The position numbers were made by a program, and so were the translations under genes. A DNA stretch of 64,000 nt from Thermoplasmata archaeon (GTDB lineage: Archaea; Thermoplasmatota; Thermoplasmata; Lutacidiplasmatales; UBA184): NCBI GenBank assembly GCA_030038095.1, contig JASHPK010000035.1:26-64025 (forward strand), read 5' to 3'. The notes under the pieces were generated by a model, which made no database searches, was not told the origin of the DNA, and was given only the letters and a program-made list of their open reading frames with translations. Below, one piece after another: positions 45,263-54,338 of the stretch. How positions within the stretch are numbered: the stretch's first letter is position 1; each line of letters starts with the position of its first letter.

Positions 45263-45964
45263 GTGACCTCCCGAGGGACGAGCCCCGCGGCCCGGCGCGA
45301 GTTCGACCGCGAGGCGTCGGAGTACGACCGTACGGCACGGGCCTCGATGCCGGCGTATCTCGACCTCCATCGCACTCTGGTCGGAGGGATTCCGTACCTC
45401 CCCACGCGGTCGTTCCGGGTGCTCGAGCTTGGGGTGGGCACCGGAACGCTGACTGATCTCCTACTTCGGGAGTACCCTCACGCCCAGGTGACGGGGGTCG
45501 ACATCTCGCCCCGCATGATCGCCCGCGCCCGGGAGAAGCTTCGCCCATTCCGGGACCGGGTGGAACTCGTTGCCGGCGATTTGGGCGCGTACGAGGAGGG
45601 GGAGTACCAGGTCGTGCTCTCGGCCCTGGCCATCCACCATCTCGCCGACGCGGAGAAATGGCGGCTCTTCCGCCGGATCCGTCGGACCCTCCCGGTCGGC
45701 GGTTACTTCGGGGACGCCGACGATCACCTTCCCGAGGACTCCGTCTTCGACACCCGGTACGCCCAGATTGCGCTCGCGCTGCGGCCCGCGGTCCGGGCGG
45801 CGGGAGGGTGGACGAGCCCACAGCAGATATGGCACGAACACGAGAAGTTCGACCACCCCTGCACGCTCCAGGCCGAGGTCGCCGCGCTCGAGCGAGCGGG
45901 ATTCGCTCACGTGGGCGTGCCGTGGCGCTTCTTTGGCCAAGCGGTCGTGTGGGCCTACAAATGA
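45263..45964 (+). CDS. Class I SAM-dependent methyltransferase.
   Basis: Motif I VLELGVGTGTLT, then VTGVDISPRMI and LSALAIHHL. Confidence 0.85.
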   Translation: MTSRGTSPAARREFDREASEYDRTARASMPAYLDLHRTLVGGIPYLPTRSFRVLELGVGTGTLTDLLLREYPHAQVTGVDISPRMIARAREKLRPFRDRVELVAGDLGAYEEGEYQVVLSALAIHHLADAEKWRLFRRIRRTLPVGGYFGDADDHLPEDSVFDTRYAQIALALRPAVRAAGGWTSPQQIWHEHEKFDHPCTLQAEVAALERAGFAHVGVPWRFFGQAVVWAYK

Positions 45965-46018
45965 CCCCACCCGACGCTTTCGCCAGCCGGTGCGCGGACC
46001 ACTGGAACGCGAGGGTCG

Positions 46019-46276
46019 ATGGTCCTGCGTGAGACCCAGTTCTTTGTCGGGGGACTGCTCACGATCGCGCTCGGGGTCGTGCTCGCCGTGGCGCTCTACG
46101 GGGCGGGCCTCGGCCTCGACTACTTCGGCGCTTGGTTCGCGGCCGGGGGAGCGGTCGGGTTCGGCGCGTTCTTCCTGTACGTCTCCCGGGACGAGCATCG
46201 GGCCCGGCTCGCCTACCTCGCGGCCGAGCTGCCCGGAAGCGCTGCGGTTCCACCGCCCGGACCTCCCGGCCGTTGA
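46019..46276 (+). CDS. Small two-TM membrane protein (85 aa).
   Basis: FFVGGLLTIALGVVLAVALYGAGL and WFAAGGAVGFGAFFLYV helices. Confidence 0.45.
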   Translation: MVLRETQFFVGGLLTIALGVVLAVALYGAGLGLDYFGAWFAAGGAVGFGAFFLYVSRDEHRARLAYLAAELPGSAAVPPPGPPGR

Positions 46277-46312
46277 GTTCCGAAGCAAACCTTTTCTGGC
46301 GGGGGCGCGGTC

Positions 46313-46418
46313 CATGCCTCGTGGCCGGGATGGGGTAGCTTGGCCTATCCTGGGGGACTGTGGATCCCTCGACCCGGGTTCAAAGGGGAAGGGGCCGCAC
46401 CCCGACCCTGAGACTCTC
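46313..46418 (+). tRNA. tRNA-His (anticodon GUG) with genome-encoded G-1 and a 30-nt T-loop intron. CCA is not encoded.
   Basis: g(-1)-GCCGGGA-UG-GGGU-AGCUUGGCCUA-UCCU-G-GGGGA-CUGUGGA-UCCCU-CGAC-CCGGG-UUCAAA[30 nt]U-CUCGG-UCCCGGC-C73. G-1 can pair with C73, which is the His identity feature. A14, G18G19, A21, U33 and G53-C61 are present. Confidence 0.85.
46375..46404 (+). other. tRNA-His intron at position 59/60 (T-loop).
   Basis: Intron sequence: GGGGAAGGGGCCGCACCCCGACCCUGAGAC. By hand it folds into helix-bulge-helix-bulge-helix, with both splice sites in 3-nt bulges (see findings). Confidence 0.75.
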
Positions 46419-46428
46419 GGTCCCGGCC

Positions 46429-47310
46429 CTACGACCTCTTCGCTCCCGCTCGTGGCCGACGATGGGGCCGACGTCCGGCGGGTCGTTCGAGCCGGGCGAG
46501 GAGTTCCGGAAGCTCCTCGAGGCTGTAGCCCGCCCAGGCGGCCCCCCACTTTCGCAGGTCGCGGGGCGTCAGCGACCAGTGGCTCGTGCGGGAGGCTCGG
46601 GCGAGAGCGATCACGCCAGGGACGGAGCTGGCCGCCTCCAGGTCGAACCGGGAATCCCCGACCAGGAACATCGGTCGGTCCGGGAATCGACGCCGGTACT
46701 CCCGGAGGTGCTCGCGCTTCGTCCCTTCGCCCGAGCCCAGCACGTCCTCGAACCAGTAGCGAAGACCCTCGCGCTCGAGGAGAAGATCGGCCATCTCGGT
46801 CTCCGCGCCCGTGGAGATCGCGAGGGTCCACCGCTCTCGGGCGAGCCGGTTCAGGGTACGGGGCATCTCAGGAAACGGCCGCGCCCGGGCGTACGCTTCG
46901 GCGACCTTACGTTGATGGAAGGTCCGAGCGGTCGAGGCTCGCAGGGGCGCGGGCGCTTCGGGATAGAGCTGGGCGAGCTGGGCCTCGAAGGGCATCCCCG
47001 TGGTCGCGAGGTAGTGGATCCTCGCCTCCTCGACGGGGGTACCGAACGCCTTCGCCATCACCTCGGCCGCGACCTGGCTGATCGCCGAGAGGTCGTCGAG
47101 GATCGTGCCGTCGAGGTCGAACACGACCACCCCCCGCTCCACGAGCCGGGGCGCCGGGGGCGGGGCCGAGCGGCCGGCCGGCCGGGCCACCTCAGCGTAC
47201 TGGCTGGTCGCGACGACCAGCGGGAGCTCGATTCCCTCCAGCGAGCGCGGCCCGGGCTCCTCGGGACGCGTCTCGTCCGGAGACCGCCGGGGGCCCGACG
47301 GGTCGGTCAT
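46429..47310 (-). CDS. HAD-superfamily phosphatase (phosphoglycolate phosphatase-like) with a ~65-aa disordered N-terminal extension.
   Basis: ATG 47310 (MTDPSGPRRSPDE...). DxDxT motif VVVFDLDGTILDD, plus ISTGAE and LVGDSRFDLEAA motifs. Confidence 0.8.
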   Translation of the reverse strand: MTDPSGPRRSPDETRPEEPGPRSLEGIELPLVVATSQYAEVARPAGRSAPPPAPRLVERGVVVFDLDGTILDDLSAISQVAAEVMAKAFGTPVEEARIHYLATTGMPFEAQLAQLYPEAPAPLRASTARTFHQRKVAEAYARARPFPEMPRTLNRLARERWTLAISTGAETEMADLLLEREGLRYWFEDVLGSGEGTKREHLREYRRRFPDRPMFLVGDSRFDLEAASSVPGVIALARASRTSHWSLTPRDLRKWGAAWAGYSLEELPELLARLERPAGRRPHRRPRAGAKRS

Positions 47311-47408
47311 GAGCGGGGCGAGCCCCCCTGGCTCATTAGGTCGGCGAGGCCGGGGTGGGCCTAATAGCGGCCGGGAGCTCACGGCTCCGCCCCCAGGGAG
47401 GCGCTCCG

Positions 47409-48710
47409 ATGCACCCGAGCCATGCGATCCGCGGTCGCACGACGCAGCTGCTCTCGGGACGACGGATCGTGATCGGGATCTCGGGCTCGATCGCGGCGAT
47501 CGAGGTCCCGAAGATCGTCCGCGAGCTGATCCGCCACGGGGCGGACGTCCGCGCGGTAATGAGTCCGGAGTCGACGAAGATCCTCACGCCCGAAACGGTC
47601 GAGTTCGCGACCGGGCACCCCCCCGTGACCCGGCTCACCGGTAACGTCGAGCACGTGACCCTCCTCGGCCCTGGAGAGGGGCGCGCCGACCTCTATCTCA
47701 TCGCCCCGGCGACGGCCAACACGATCTCGAAAATCGCCTACGGGATCGACGACACCCCGGTGACGTCGTGCGCCTCGGTCGCGCTCGGCGGGCGGGTGCC
47801 GATGCTGATCGCGCCCGCGATGCACTCGCACATGGGCCTCAATCCGGCCGTGGTGGAGAACCTGGAGAAGCTCCGGTCGTGGGGCGTGGGAGTGATCCCG
47901 ACGCAGAGCGTGGAGGGGGAGGAGAAGATCGCGGCGCCCGACGACGTGGCCGCCGCCGTGCTCCATCGGCTCGCCCAGGGTCCCTGGGTCGGCCGGCGCG
48001 TGATCGTGATCGGCGGGGCGGCTCGGGAGCAGATCGACGCGGTTCGTTCCGTCACGAACGATAGCTCGGGAGCCTCGGCCGTGGCGATCGCCGTCCAGGC
48101 GTACTACCGCGGGGCCGAGGTCGAACTGTGGGCGGGATCGATGGAGGTGCCGGTGCCGGGGTGGTTCCCCGCGAGCCGCTGGCGCGGGGTGGAGTCCCTC
48201 CTCGATCTCGCGCGCCGGCGGCGCGTGGACCTCGCGGCGAGTGCGGCCGTGATCGTCCCGGCGGCGCTTTCGGACTACGTCCTCCCCAAGCGCGGCGGGA
48301 AGATCTCCTCCCGGGACGAGCCGACGCTCACCCTCACTCTCCAACGCGCCCCGAAGGTGCTTCCGACGCTGCGGCGGTATGCCCCGGCCCCCACCCGGCT
48401 CGTGGCGTTCAAGCTCGAGGCGGGCGCCGACGAGGCGGCCCTCGAAGCGGAGGGGCGAAGGCTCGCCGCGGAGACGGGGGCGGACTGGGTGGTCGCGAAC
48501 GACGTCGCGACCATGGGCAGCCCCGAGACCAACGCCCTGGTGCTCCCCGGGGACGGCAGCCGACGCTGGATCCGGGGCCCGAAGCGGGAATTTGCGGGAA
48601 AGCTGCTCGACGACCTCGGCAGGGAGCTGGGGAATCTCGTCGCTGCGGCGATGCCACCCTCGCGCCCCCGCCGTCGCTCGCCTCCGCTGCGACGCCGCCG
48701 TCCCCACTGA
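47409..48710 (+). CDS. coaBC: Bifunctional phosphopantothenoylcysteine decarboxylase / phosphopantothenate-cysteine ligase.
   Basis: ATG 47409. Flavoprotein domain (IVIGISGSIAAIEVPKIVREL, PATANTISKIAYGIDDTPVT) followed by a CoaB domain (VTNDSSGASAVAIA). Confidence 0.9.
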   Translation: MHPSHAIRGRTTQLLSGRRIVIGISGSIAAIEVPKIVRELIRHGADVRAVMSPESTKILTPETVEFATGHPPVTRLTGNVEHVTLLGPGEGRADLYLIAPATANTISKIAYGIDDTPVTSCASVALGGRVPMLIAPAMHSHMGLNPAVVENLEKLRSWGVGVIPTQSVEGEEKIAAPDDVAAAVLHRLAQGPWVGRRVIVIGGAAREQIDAVRSVTNDSSGASAVAIAVQAYYRGAEVELWAGSMEVPVPGWFPASRWRGVESLLDLARRRRVDLAASAAVIVPAALSDYVLPKRGGKISSRDEPTLTLTLQRAPKVLPTLRRYAPAPTRLVAFKLEAGADEAALEAEGRRLAAETGADWVVANDVATMGSPETNALVLPGDGSRRWIRGPKREFAGKLLDDLGRELGNLVAAAMPPSRPRRRSPPLRRRRPH

Positions 48711-48751
48711 CTGACCCAAGGAGGACCGGCGCCGGCGTCGGTCCGTGTCGC

Positions 48752-49513
48752 CTAGACCGCGTTGACCGCGAACCCGAGGAGGAAGCCGATCGCGACCCCG
48801 AGATAGACGAGCCGCTGCTTCGTGTAGGTCGCTTCCGGCGGATCCGCGGGCCGGAGCGCGACGCGCAGCATCGGGAGCAGACAGTACAGAATCGCCCCGA
48901 TCGCGAGCGCGTCGAAGATGACGACGAGGAACGCGCTGTTGTAGAAGTATCCCGCGACCCCGCCGACGATCGTCGGGATTCCGCCGACGAGGAAGAACCC
49001 CGAGATGAGGCCAAGGCGGCGCTCGCTCTTCCCGAGAAGCGGAGAGGTGATCGGGAACCCTTCCGTGATGTTCTGCAGGAAGAACCCGACGAAGACGACG
49101 GTCGAAAGGGCAACCGCCCCGGCGGCCCAGGCCGCGCCGAAGACGAGCCCTTCGGTCAGATTCTGGAACCCGATCGCGATCGCGACGATGAGCGAGGTGG
49201 TGAGCGGCGTGAACGAGGTGCGGCTGGTCGGCCGGTGTTCGAGCAGGAACAGGAGGCCGAAGCACAGGGCCACCGCGAGGAAGAACGCGATCGCAAATCC
49301 GCCGTTGGCGACGTAGCCGCCGCTCGTGTAGATGATCGGGGAGACGTCGGAGAAGATGTCGGCGAGCAGGAAGACCAGGATCCCGATCGCCGCGGCGTTG
49401 AGCAGGGTCATCGTGCGCGACCGCGACGCCTTGAGCAGGATGACCGGCAAGGCGAGAAAGATCGAGAACCCCATGGCGAAGGAGAGCACCACGAGCTCGG
49501 CGAAGGTCGACAT
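48752..49513 (-). CDS. ZIP-family divalent metal transporter, paralog 2.
   Basis: MSTFAELVVLSFAMGFSIFLALPV...FQNLTEGLVFG...FLQNITEGFPI. It aligns end-to-end with 5750..6553, at well over half identity by eye. Confidence 0.85.
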   Translation of the reverse strand: MSTFAELVVLSFAMGFSIFLALPVILLKASRSRTMTLLNAAAIGILVFLLADIFSDVSPIIYTSGGYVANGGFAIAFFLAVALCFGLLFLLEHRPTSRTSFTPLTTSLIVAIAIGFQNLTEGLVFGAAWAAGAVALSTVVFVGFFLQNITEGFPITSPLLGKSERRLGLISGFFLVGGIPTIVGGVAGYFYNSAFLVVIFDALAIGAILYCLLPMLRVALRPADPPEATYTKQRLVYLGVAIGFLLGFAVNAV

Positions 49514-49676
49514 GCGTCCTCGGAATCTCGGCGAGATAGAGTACTTAAGGCTCTCCGTTCACATCGAGACGTTGCTCGTCTCCCCGGTCCCCGGCGCCGC
49601 GGGACTCTCCGCACCGACACCTCGCCCATCCCGGCCGGCCGGCGGGAGCCCCGGACATCGCTCGCGCCCGGCGCTC

Positions 49677-49682
49677 TTAATA
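49677..49682 (+). promoter_or_regulatory. TATA-like element (TTAATA), ~34 nt upstream of the sucC ATG.
   Basis: gctcttaataggcc in the 200-nt divergent spacer. Confidence 0.35.
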
Positions 49683-49713
49683 GGCCCTCCGTCTGCGCGG
49701 CCGAGGTCGCGCG

Positions 49714-50847
49714 ATGGTCAAGCTCGCCGAATGGCGCGGGAAGCAACTCTTCCGAAAGTACGGGATCCCTCTTCCGCGCGGTGAGGTGGCCCGGTCCGCG
49801 GACGAAGCGGAGTCGGCCGTCCGGTCGGGTGCGGTGCCCCTGCCCTGCGTCGTGAAGGCTCAGGTGCTTGCCGGGGGCCGGGGAAAGGGGGGGGCGGTTC
49901 GCTTCGCGAATTCGGCGGCGGAGGCGAAGGCGGCGGCGGAGGCCATCCTCGGCCTCGAGTTCAAGGGGGAGAGGGTGCGGGAACTTCTGCTCGAAGAGAA
50001 GCTTCCGATCTCGAAGGAACTCTACGTCTCGATCACGCTCGACCGGGCTCGGCGGCTCCCGATCCTGATGTCGAGCGCCCAGGGCGGAGTGGAGATCGAG
50101 TCGGTGGACGATTCCGCCATCGACCGGCAATCGGTCGACCCGTTTCCGGGTCTCACGGCCTACGAACGGCGCCGGGCGGCCGGGGCGCTCGGGCTCTCGG
50201 GCCCGGCCCGCGGGTCGCTCGACCGCCTCTTGGAGGGCCTGTGGAAGCTGTTCGTCGAGGAGGACGCGGAGCTGGTCGAGATCAATCCGCTCGCGATCGT
50301 GGGCGACGGGCTGGTGGCCCTCGATGCGAAGGTGATCATCGAGGACGACGCGGGGTTCCGACACCCGGAGTACGCCGAGATCCGCGACGATCGTACCCCC
50401 CTCGAGGAGATCGCCCGCGAGAAGGAGATCGCCTTCGTCCAGCTCGACGGCAACATCGGGGTGATCGCGAACGGCGCCGGTCTCACCATGGCCACGCTGG
50501 ACGTCCTCCAGGAGTTCGGCGGACGCCCCGGCGTGTTCCTCGATCTCGGAGGGACCGATGACCCGAAGAAGGTCACCGAGGCGTTCCTGTTGATGGCTCA
50601 GGCGCGTCCGAAGGCCGTCTTTCTGAACATCTTCGGGGGCGTCACGAAGTGTGACACCGTCGCGCGGGGGCTGGTCGAGGCGATGGCGAAGGTGCCGCCG
50701 ACCGACCGGTTCCCCCTGGTCGCCCGGATCCGGGGCAACAACGAGAAGGAAGGGGTCGAGATCCTCCGACAGGCCGGGATCATCTCGATCCCCACCCTAC
50801 GCGAGTCGGCGCAGGCGGCCGTCGCGGCCGCCGGGAGCGGGGCATGA
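49714..50847 (+). CDS. sucC: Succinyl-CoA synthetase, beta subunit.
   Basis: MVKLAEWRGKQLFRKYGIPLP, VVKAQVLAGGRGKGGAV, and the ATP-grasp plus CoA-ligase domain order. Confidence 0.93.
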   Translation: MVKLAEWRGKQLFRKYGIPLPRGEVARSADEAESAVRSGAVPLPCVVKAQVLAGGRGKGGAVRFANSAAEAKAAAEAILGLEFKGERVRELLLEEKLPISKELYVSITLDRARRLPILMSSAQGGVEIESVDDSAIDRQSVDPFPGLTAYERRRAAGALGLSGPARGSLDRLLEGLWKLFVEEDAELVEINPLAIVGDGLVALDAKVIIEDDAGFRHPEYAEIRDDRTPLEEIAREKEIAFVQLDGNIGVIANGAGLTMATLDVLQEFGGRPGVFLDLGGTDDPKKVTEAFLLMAQARPKAVFLNIFGGVTKCDTVARGLVEAMAKVPPTDRFPLVARIRGNNEKEGVEILRQAGIISIPTLRESAQAAVAAAGSGA

Positions 50848-51728
50848 GCGTCCTCGTCGACCGCGACACCCGGGTCGTCGTCCAGGGAATCACCGGTCAC
50901 CAGGGCACGACCCATGCCCGCCTGATGCGGGAATTCGGGACCTCGGTCGTCGCCGGGGTCACCCCGGGGAAAGGAGGGTCGTCGCTCGACGGCGTTCCGG
51001 TCTTCGACTCCGTCCAGGAGTCGGTCGATCGGACGGCGGCGAACGCCTCGTGCATCTTCGTGCCGGCGCCGTTCGCGAAGGACGCGGCGCTCGAGGCGAT
51101 CGATGCGGGGATCCGGCTCCTCGTCGTGGTCACCGAGCACATCCCGTTCCACGACATGCTGGTCATGTACCACTACGGCCGGGCGAAGGGCGCGCGGATC
51201 ATCGGGCCGAACTGTCCCGGGATCGCCTCCCCGGGCCGCGCGAAGGTTGGGATCATCCCGAACGTCGTCTTCCGTCCGGGCCGGGTCGGCGTGATCTCCC
51301 GCAGCGGCACGCTCACCTACGAGATCGTGAGCGGGATCAAGGACCACGGGCTCGGTCAGTCGACCTGCATCGGGCTCGGAGGCGACCCCGTCGTCGGCAC
51401 CTCGTTCGTCGATGCGCTGCCCCTGTTCGAGGCGGACCCCGATACGGACGTCCTCGTCATGGTCGGGGAGATCGGGGGGACCGCCGAGGAAGACGGGGCG
51501 GAGTACATCCAGAGCCACCTGTCCAAGCCGGTCGTCGCCTACATCGCGGGGCGGAGCGCGCCCGAGGGCAAACGCATGGGTCACGCCGGAGCGATCATCA
51601 GCCGGGGCAAGGGGACCGCCGCATCGAAGGTCGCCGCCCTCGAGCGAGCGGGCGCGAAGGTCGCGCGGTTCCCGTATGAGATCCCGGACCTCGTCGCGCA
51701 GGCGCTCTCGGAAGGCGCCGGCCGATGA
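50844..51728 (+). CDS. sucD: Succinyl-CoA synthetase, alpha subunit.
   Basis: ATGA overlap with sucC. Motifs: [20 protein letters not shown], and the phosphohistidine loop GHAGAII. Confidence 0.95.
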   Translation: MSVLVDRDTRVVVQGITGHQGTTHARLMREFGTSVVAGVTPGKGGSSLDGVPVFDSVQESVDRTAANASCIFVPAPFAKDAALEAIDAGIRLLVVVTEHIPFHDMLVMYHYGRAKGARIIGPNCPGIASPGRAKVGIIPNVVFRPGRVGVISRSGTLTYEIVSGIKDHGLGQSTCIGLGGDPVVGTSFVDALPLFEADPDTDVLVMVGEIGGTAEEDGAEYIQSHLSKPVVAYIAGRSAPEGKRMGHAGAIISRGKGTAASKVAALERAGAKVARFPYEIPDLVAQALSEGAGR

Positions 51729-51952
51729 CCCCGGACTCTCCCCGCCCTCGGGCCGACGACGCGGAGGAGGAGCCGTGCATCGTCCCGGGATGCGGCGCGC
51801 CTTCCGTGCGGCATCTGTCGCTCGCCGAGGCCCGGAAGGCGTTCGACCGACTTCCCGACAAGGGGCGGCGCGCTCCCCTCTGCCGGGACCATTACCGGGA
51901 GTGGAAGAAATCCACGAAAGAAGCCCGGAAGCTCAACCGGCTCGGCTGGTAA
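51725..51952 (+). CDS. Small basic Cys/His protein (75 aa), translationally coupled to sucD.
   Basis: ATGA overlap with the sucD stop. [40 protein letters not shown]...LCRDHYREWKKSTKEARKLNRLGW, i.e. a CxxC...CxxH arrangement. No family recognised. Confidence 0.55.
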   Translation: MTPDSPRPRADDAEEEPCIVPGCGAPSVRHLSLAEARKAFDRLPDKGRRAPLCRDHYREWKKSTKEARKLNRLGW

Positions 51953-52044
51953 ACCTGGCGGACCGATCGGTTCGTTCGTCCTCTCCGAGGTACGAGGGTA
52001 CCGCGGGACCCGACCTTATCTAGGGGCGGGGAGGTCGCCGGCCG

Positions 52045-54252
52045 ATGGCGGCCGAGAGCGACCACGCCTCGCCGGAAGGTTCCCGTCGGACGGGCCGGTG
52101 GTGGACCCGGGAACGGACGATCCTCGCCGGGATGGTCGTCGCCTTCGCGGCCCTTTCGTTCTATGCGGGGGTCGTGTCGTACATGAATCTCCAATCGGAC
52201 AACGCCACCGACCTCGGCATCTTCATGCAGGCGGTCTCGTCGACGGTCCGAGGGGGACATCCGGCGCCGTTCTTCGAGACCTACGACTGCCTTTCGAAGT
52301 TTCGATGCTCCTTCCTCCTCGTCCACCCGTCGCCGTTGCTGTACGGCGTGGTCCCGATCTACGCGATCCTCCCCAGTGCCTACACGCTGTTCGCGATCCA
52401 GTCCGTAGGGGTCGCCCTCGCCGCCCTCCCGCTGTACGGGCTGACGCGCCGCGCGACGGGGTCGGGCACGAAGGGCCTCGTGGCGGCGGGCCTCTACCTG
52501 GCCTGGGCCCCCACTCTCGGTGGGGAGGCGTTCTCCTTCCACATGGAGTCGTTCCTGCCGGTCACGCTACTCTCGGTCGCGTACTTCTGGCAGGTCCGCC
52601 GATATCGGCTCGGTCTCCTCGCGGCGCTCGCCGCCTTCCTGACGATCGAGGTCGCGCCGATCTTCACGTTCCTCATCGGCGTGTTCTTCCTGATCCCGTA
52701 CGCGGTGTCCGCCTTCCGTCTGTGGCGCGCGCGACGCAAGGATCCGGGCCCGAGCGGTTTCAGATCCTCGGTCCGCTACTGGGGAGGTAGGCTTCGCTCG
52801 ACCCTCGGACGCGTCGAAGTGCGCTACACGCTGCTCTTGCTCGGAATCTCCGTCGTCGCGTACGCGATCCTCTACCTTTTCATGAACGTCTTCGGGGCGA
52901 GGCTCCTCGGGGTGTCGCCGCCTCCGATCCCCCCGGGGCTCGGCGGGGTCTTCTTCAACAACAGCACGCCCGGAATCTCGCCCCTGACCACGACGCTCGC
53001 GAGCCCCCAGCTGGTGCTGACGCTCGAATTCTGGCTGATCCTCTTCGCGCTCGCAGGGTTCATTCCCCTCCTGGCGCCCCGCAGCCTCGTGGTCTCGATC
53101 CCTTGGGTCGGGTGGACCTTCCTCACGAACTCGAACCGCTTCACGACGATCGGTCACCAGTACACGCTGGTGGCCGCAGGGCCGATCTTTTTTGGAGTGG
53201 CGTACGGCCTGCGCCGGATCCCGATCGGGCGCGGGGGGCCGGCGCCCGCGGACTCCACCGCTCCGACCTTCGTCTCCCGTCCGGCCCGTCCGCGCCGAGC
53301 CCGCCGGAATTCGGTGATCGCGGCGGGGTTCGTGATCGCCCTCGTCGGAGCGAACGTGCTCTTCCTTCCCATCGACCCGGCCCTCTCGTCGCTCGGCGTA
53401 AATCTGGGGGCACCATTCGAACCGGGGTACCAGATGCACACGCTCCTCCTCCGTCCCGGGTTCTCGGACGTGGAGGAGCTGCTCTCCGAGATCCCCCACA
53501 ACGCGTCCGTGACCGCGCCCTACCAGGTCTTTCCGCTGATCGCGAACTTACCCTACGCCGTCGTCTTGATCTCGGGGGCCGACAAGGAGGACTTCAGCAC
53601 CCTCCCCGAGAACATCTCGAACAATCCCTCGTACGTGGTCCTCTACCCGAGCTTCTATCCCCTATGGCGGGGGCCGTTCAAGGGGAACGTTTCGGACCCT
53701 TCGATGTACGACGTCCGGGCCTACGTCACCTCGACGACCGTGGGACCCCTCTTCCTCTACGAGCGCGGCTACACCGGCCCGCCGACGCTGATCGGGTCCC
53801 CCTTTCCCCCGTACTCCGCCACGCTCCTGCCGGAGCACGGACTGACCGCCGGGGGGATCGGTGAAGTGCGGGCGAACGCCTCATCGCCCTCCGGCGAAGT
53901 GATCACGACCCGACCGCAAGCCCCAGCGATCGGGGAGCTCTGGCACGGCCCCGATACCACGCTCCCGGCGGGGAGCTACGATGTGACCGCGATGGTGAGC
54001 GCGACGTTCGTCGAGCCGAACGCTACGCATCGCTCCACGCTCCTGCGAATCGAGTCGAGCGGCCCGAGCTTCCAGAGCGAGAACGCGACGTTCCCGCCGT
54101 CCGACTTCGGAAACGGGACCTGGACGAACGTCTCGTTCGAGGTGTCCACCGCGGTGCCGATCCTGGACTTCACGATCTCGGGCTTCCTCGAGATCGCGTC
54201 GGTCGAGTTCGCGGTCGCCGAGGTCACGCTTACGCCCGTGACGGCCCCTTGA
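52045..54252 (+). CDS. DUF2079-family polytopic membrane protein (GT-C-like putative glycosyltransferase) with a large extracytoplasmic C-terminal domain.
   Basis: N-terminal ~450 aa have many TM helices and DUF2079-like motifs (DLGIFMQAVSS, LLVHPSPLLY). The C-terminal ~280 aa are soluble and contain sequons. Confidence 0.7.
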   Translation: MAAESDHASPEGSRRTGRWWTRERTILAGMVVAFAALSFYAGVVSYMNLQSDNATDLGIFMQAVSSTVRGGHPAPFFETYDCLSKFRCSFLLVHPSPLLYGVVPIYAILPSAYTLFAIQSVGVALAALPLYGLTRRATGSGTKGLVAAGLYLAWAPTLGGEAFSFHMESFLPVTLLSVAYFWQVRRYRLGLLAALAAFLTIEVAPIFTFLIGVFFLIPYAVSAFRLWRARRKDPGPSGFRSSVRYWGGRLRSTLGRVEVRYTLLLLGISVVAYAILYLFMNVFGARLLGVSPPPIPPGLGGVFFNNSTPGISPLTTTLASPQLVLTLEFWLILFALAGFIPLLAPRSLVVSIPWVGWTFLTNSNRFTTIGHQYTLVAAGPIFFGVAYGLRRIPIGRGGPAPADSTAPTFVSRPARPRRARRNSVIAAGFVIALVGANVLFLPIDPALSSLGVNLGAPFEPGYQMHTLLLRPGFSDVEELLSEIPHNASVTAPYQVFPLIANLPYAVVLISGADKEDFSTLPENISNNPSYVVLYPSFYPLWRGPFKGNVSDPSMYDVRAYVTSTTVGPLFLYERGYTGPPTLIGSPFPPYSATLLPEHGLTAGGIGEVRANASSPSGEVITTRPQAPAIGELWHGPDTTLPAGSYDVTAMVSATFVEPNATHRSTLLRIESSGPSFQSENATFPPSDFGNGTWTNVSFEVSTAVPILDFTISGFLEIASVEFAVAEVTLTPVTAP

Positions 54253-54338
54253 CGAACGCCGCGGGCGCAGCCCACGCGGCGCGGGAGTCCCCGAAGCGAG
54301 GGAACGGGTTCGAATCGGGGGCCGAGTGGGCTCCCCGA

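Noticed and set aside
54300-54338. A T-loop-like string gggttcgaatcgggg that could signal a third tRNA.
   Set aside because: No complementary T-stem, acceptor stem or anticodon arm can be built on either strand. It instead forms an imperfect hairpin (gggggcc...ggctcccc) in the convergent 3' region between the DUF2079 gene and the L41e-like ORF, so it is more likely a 3'-end structure.
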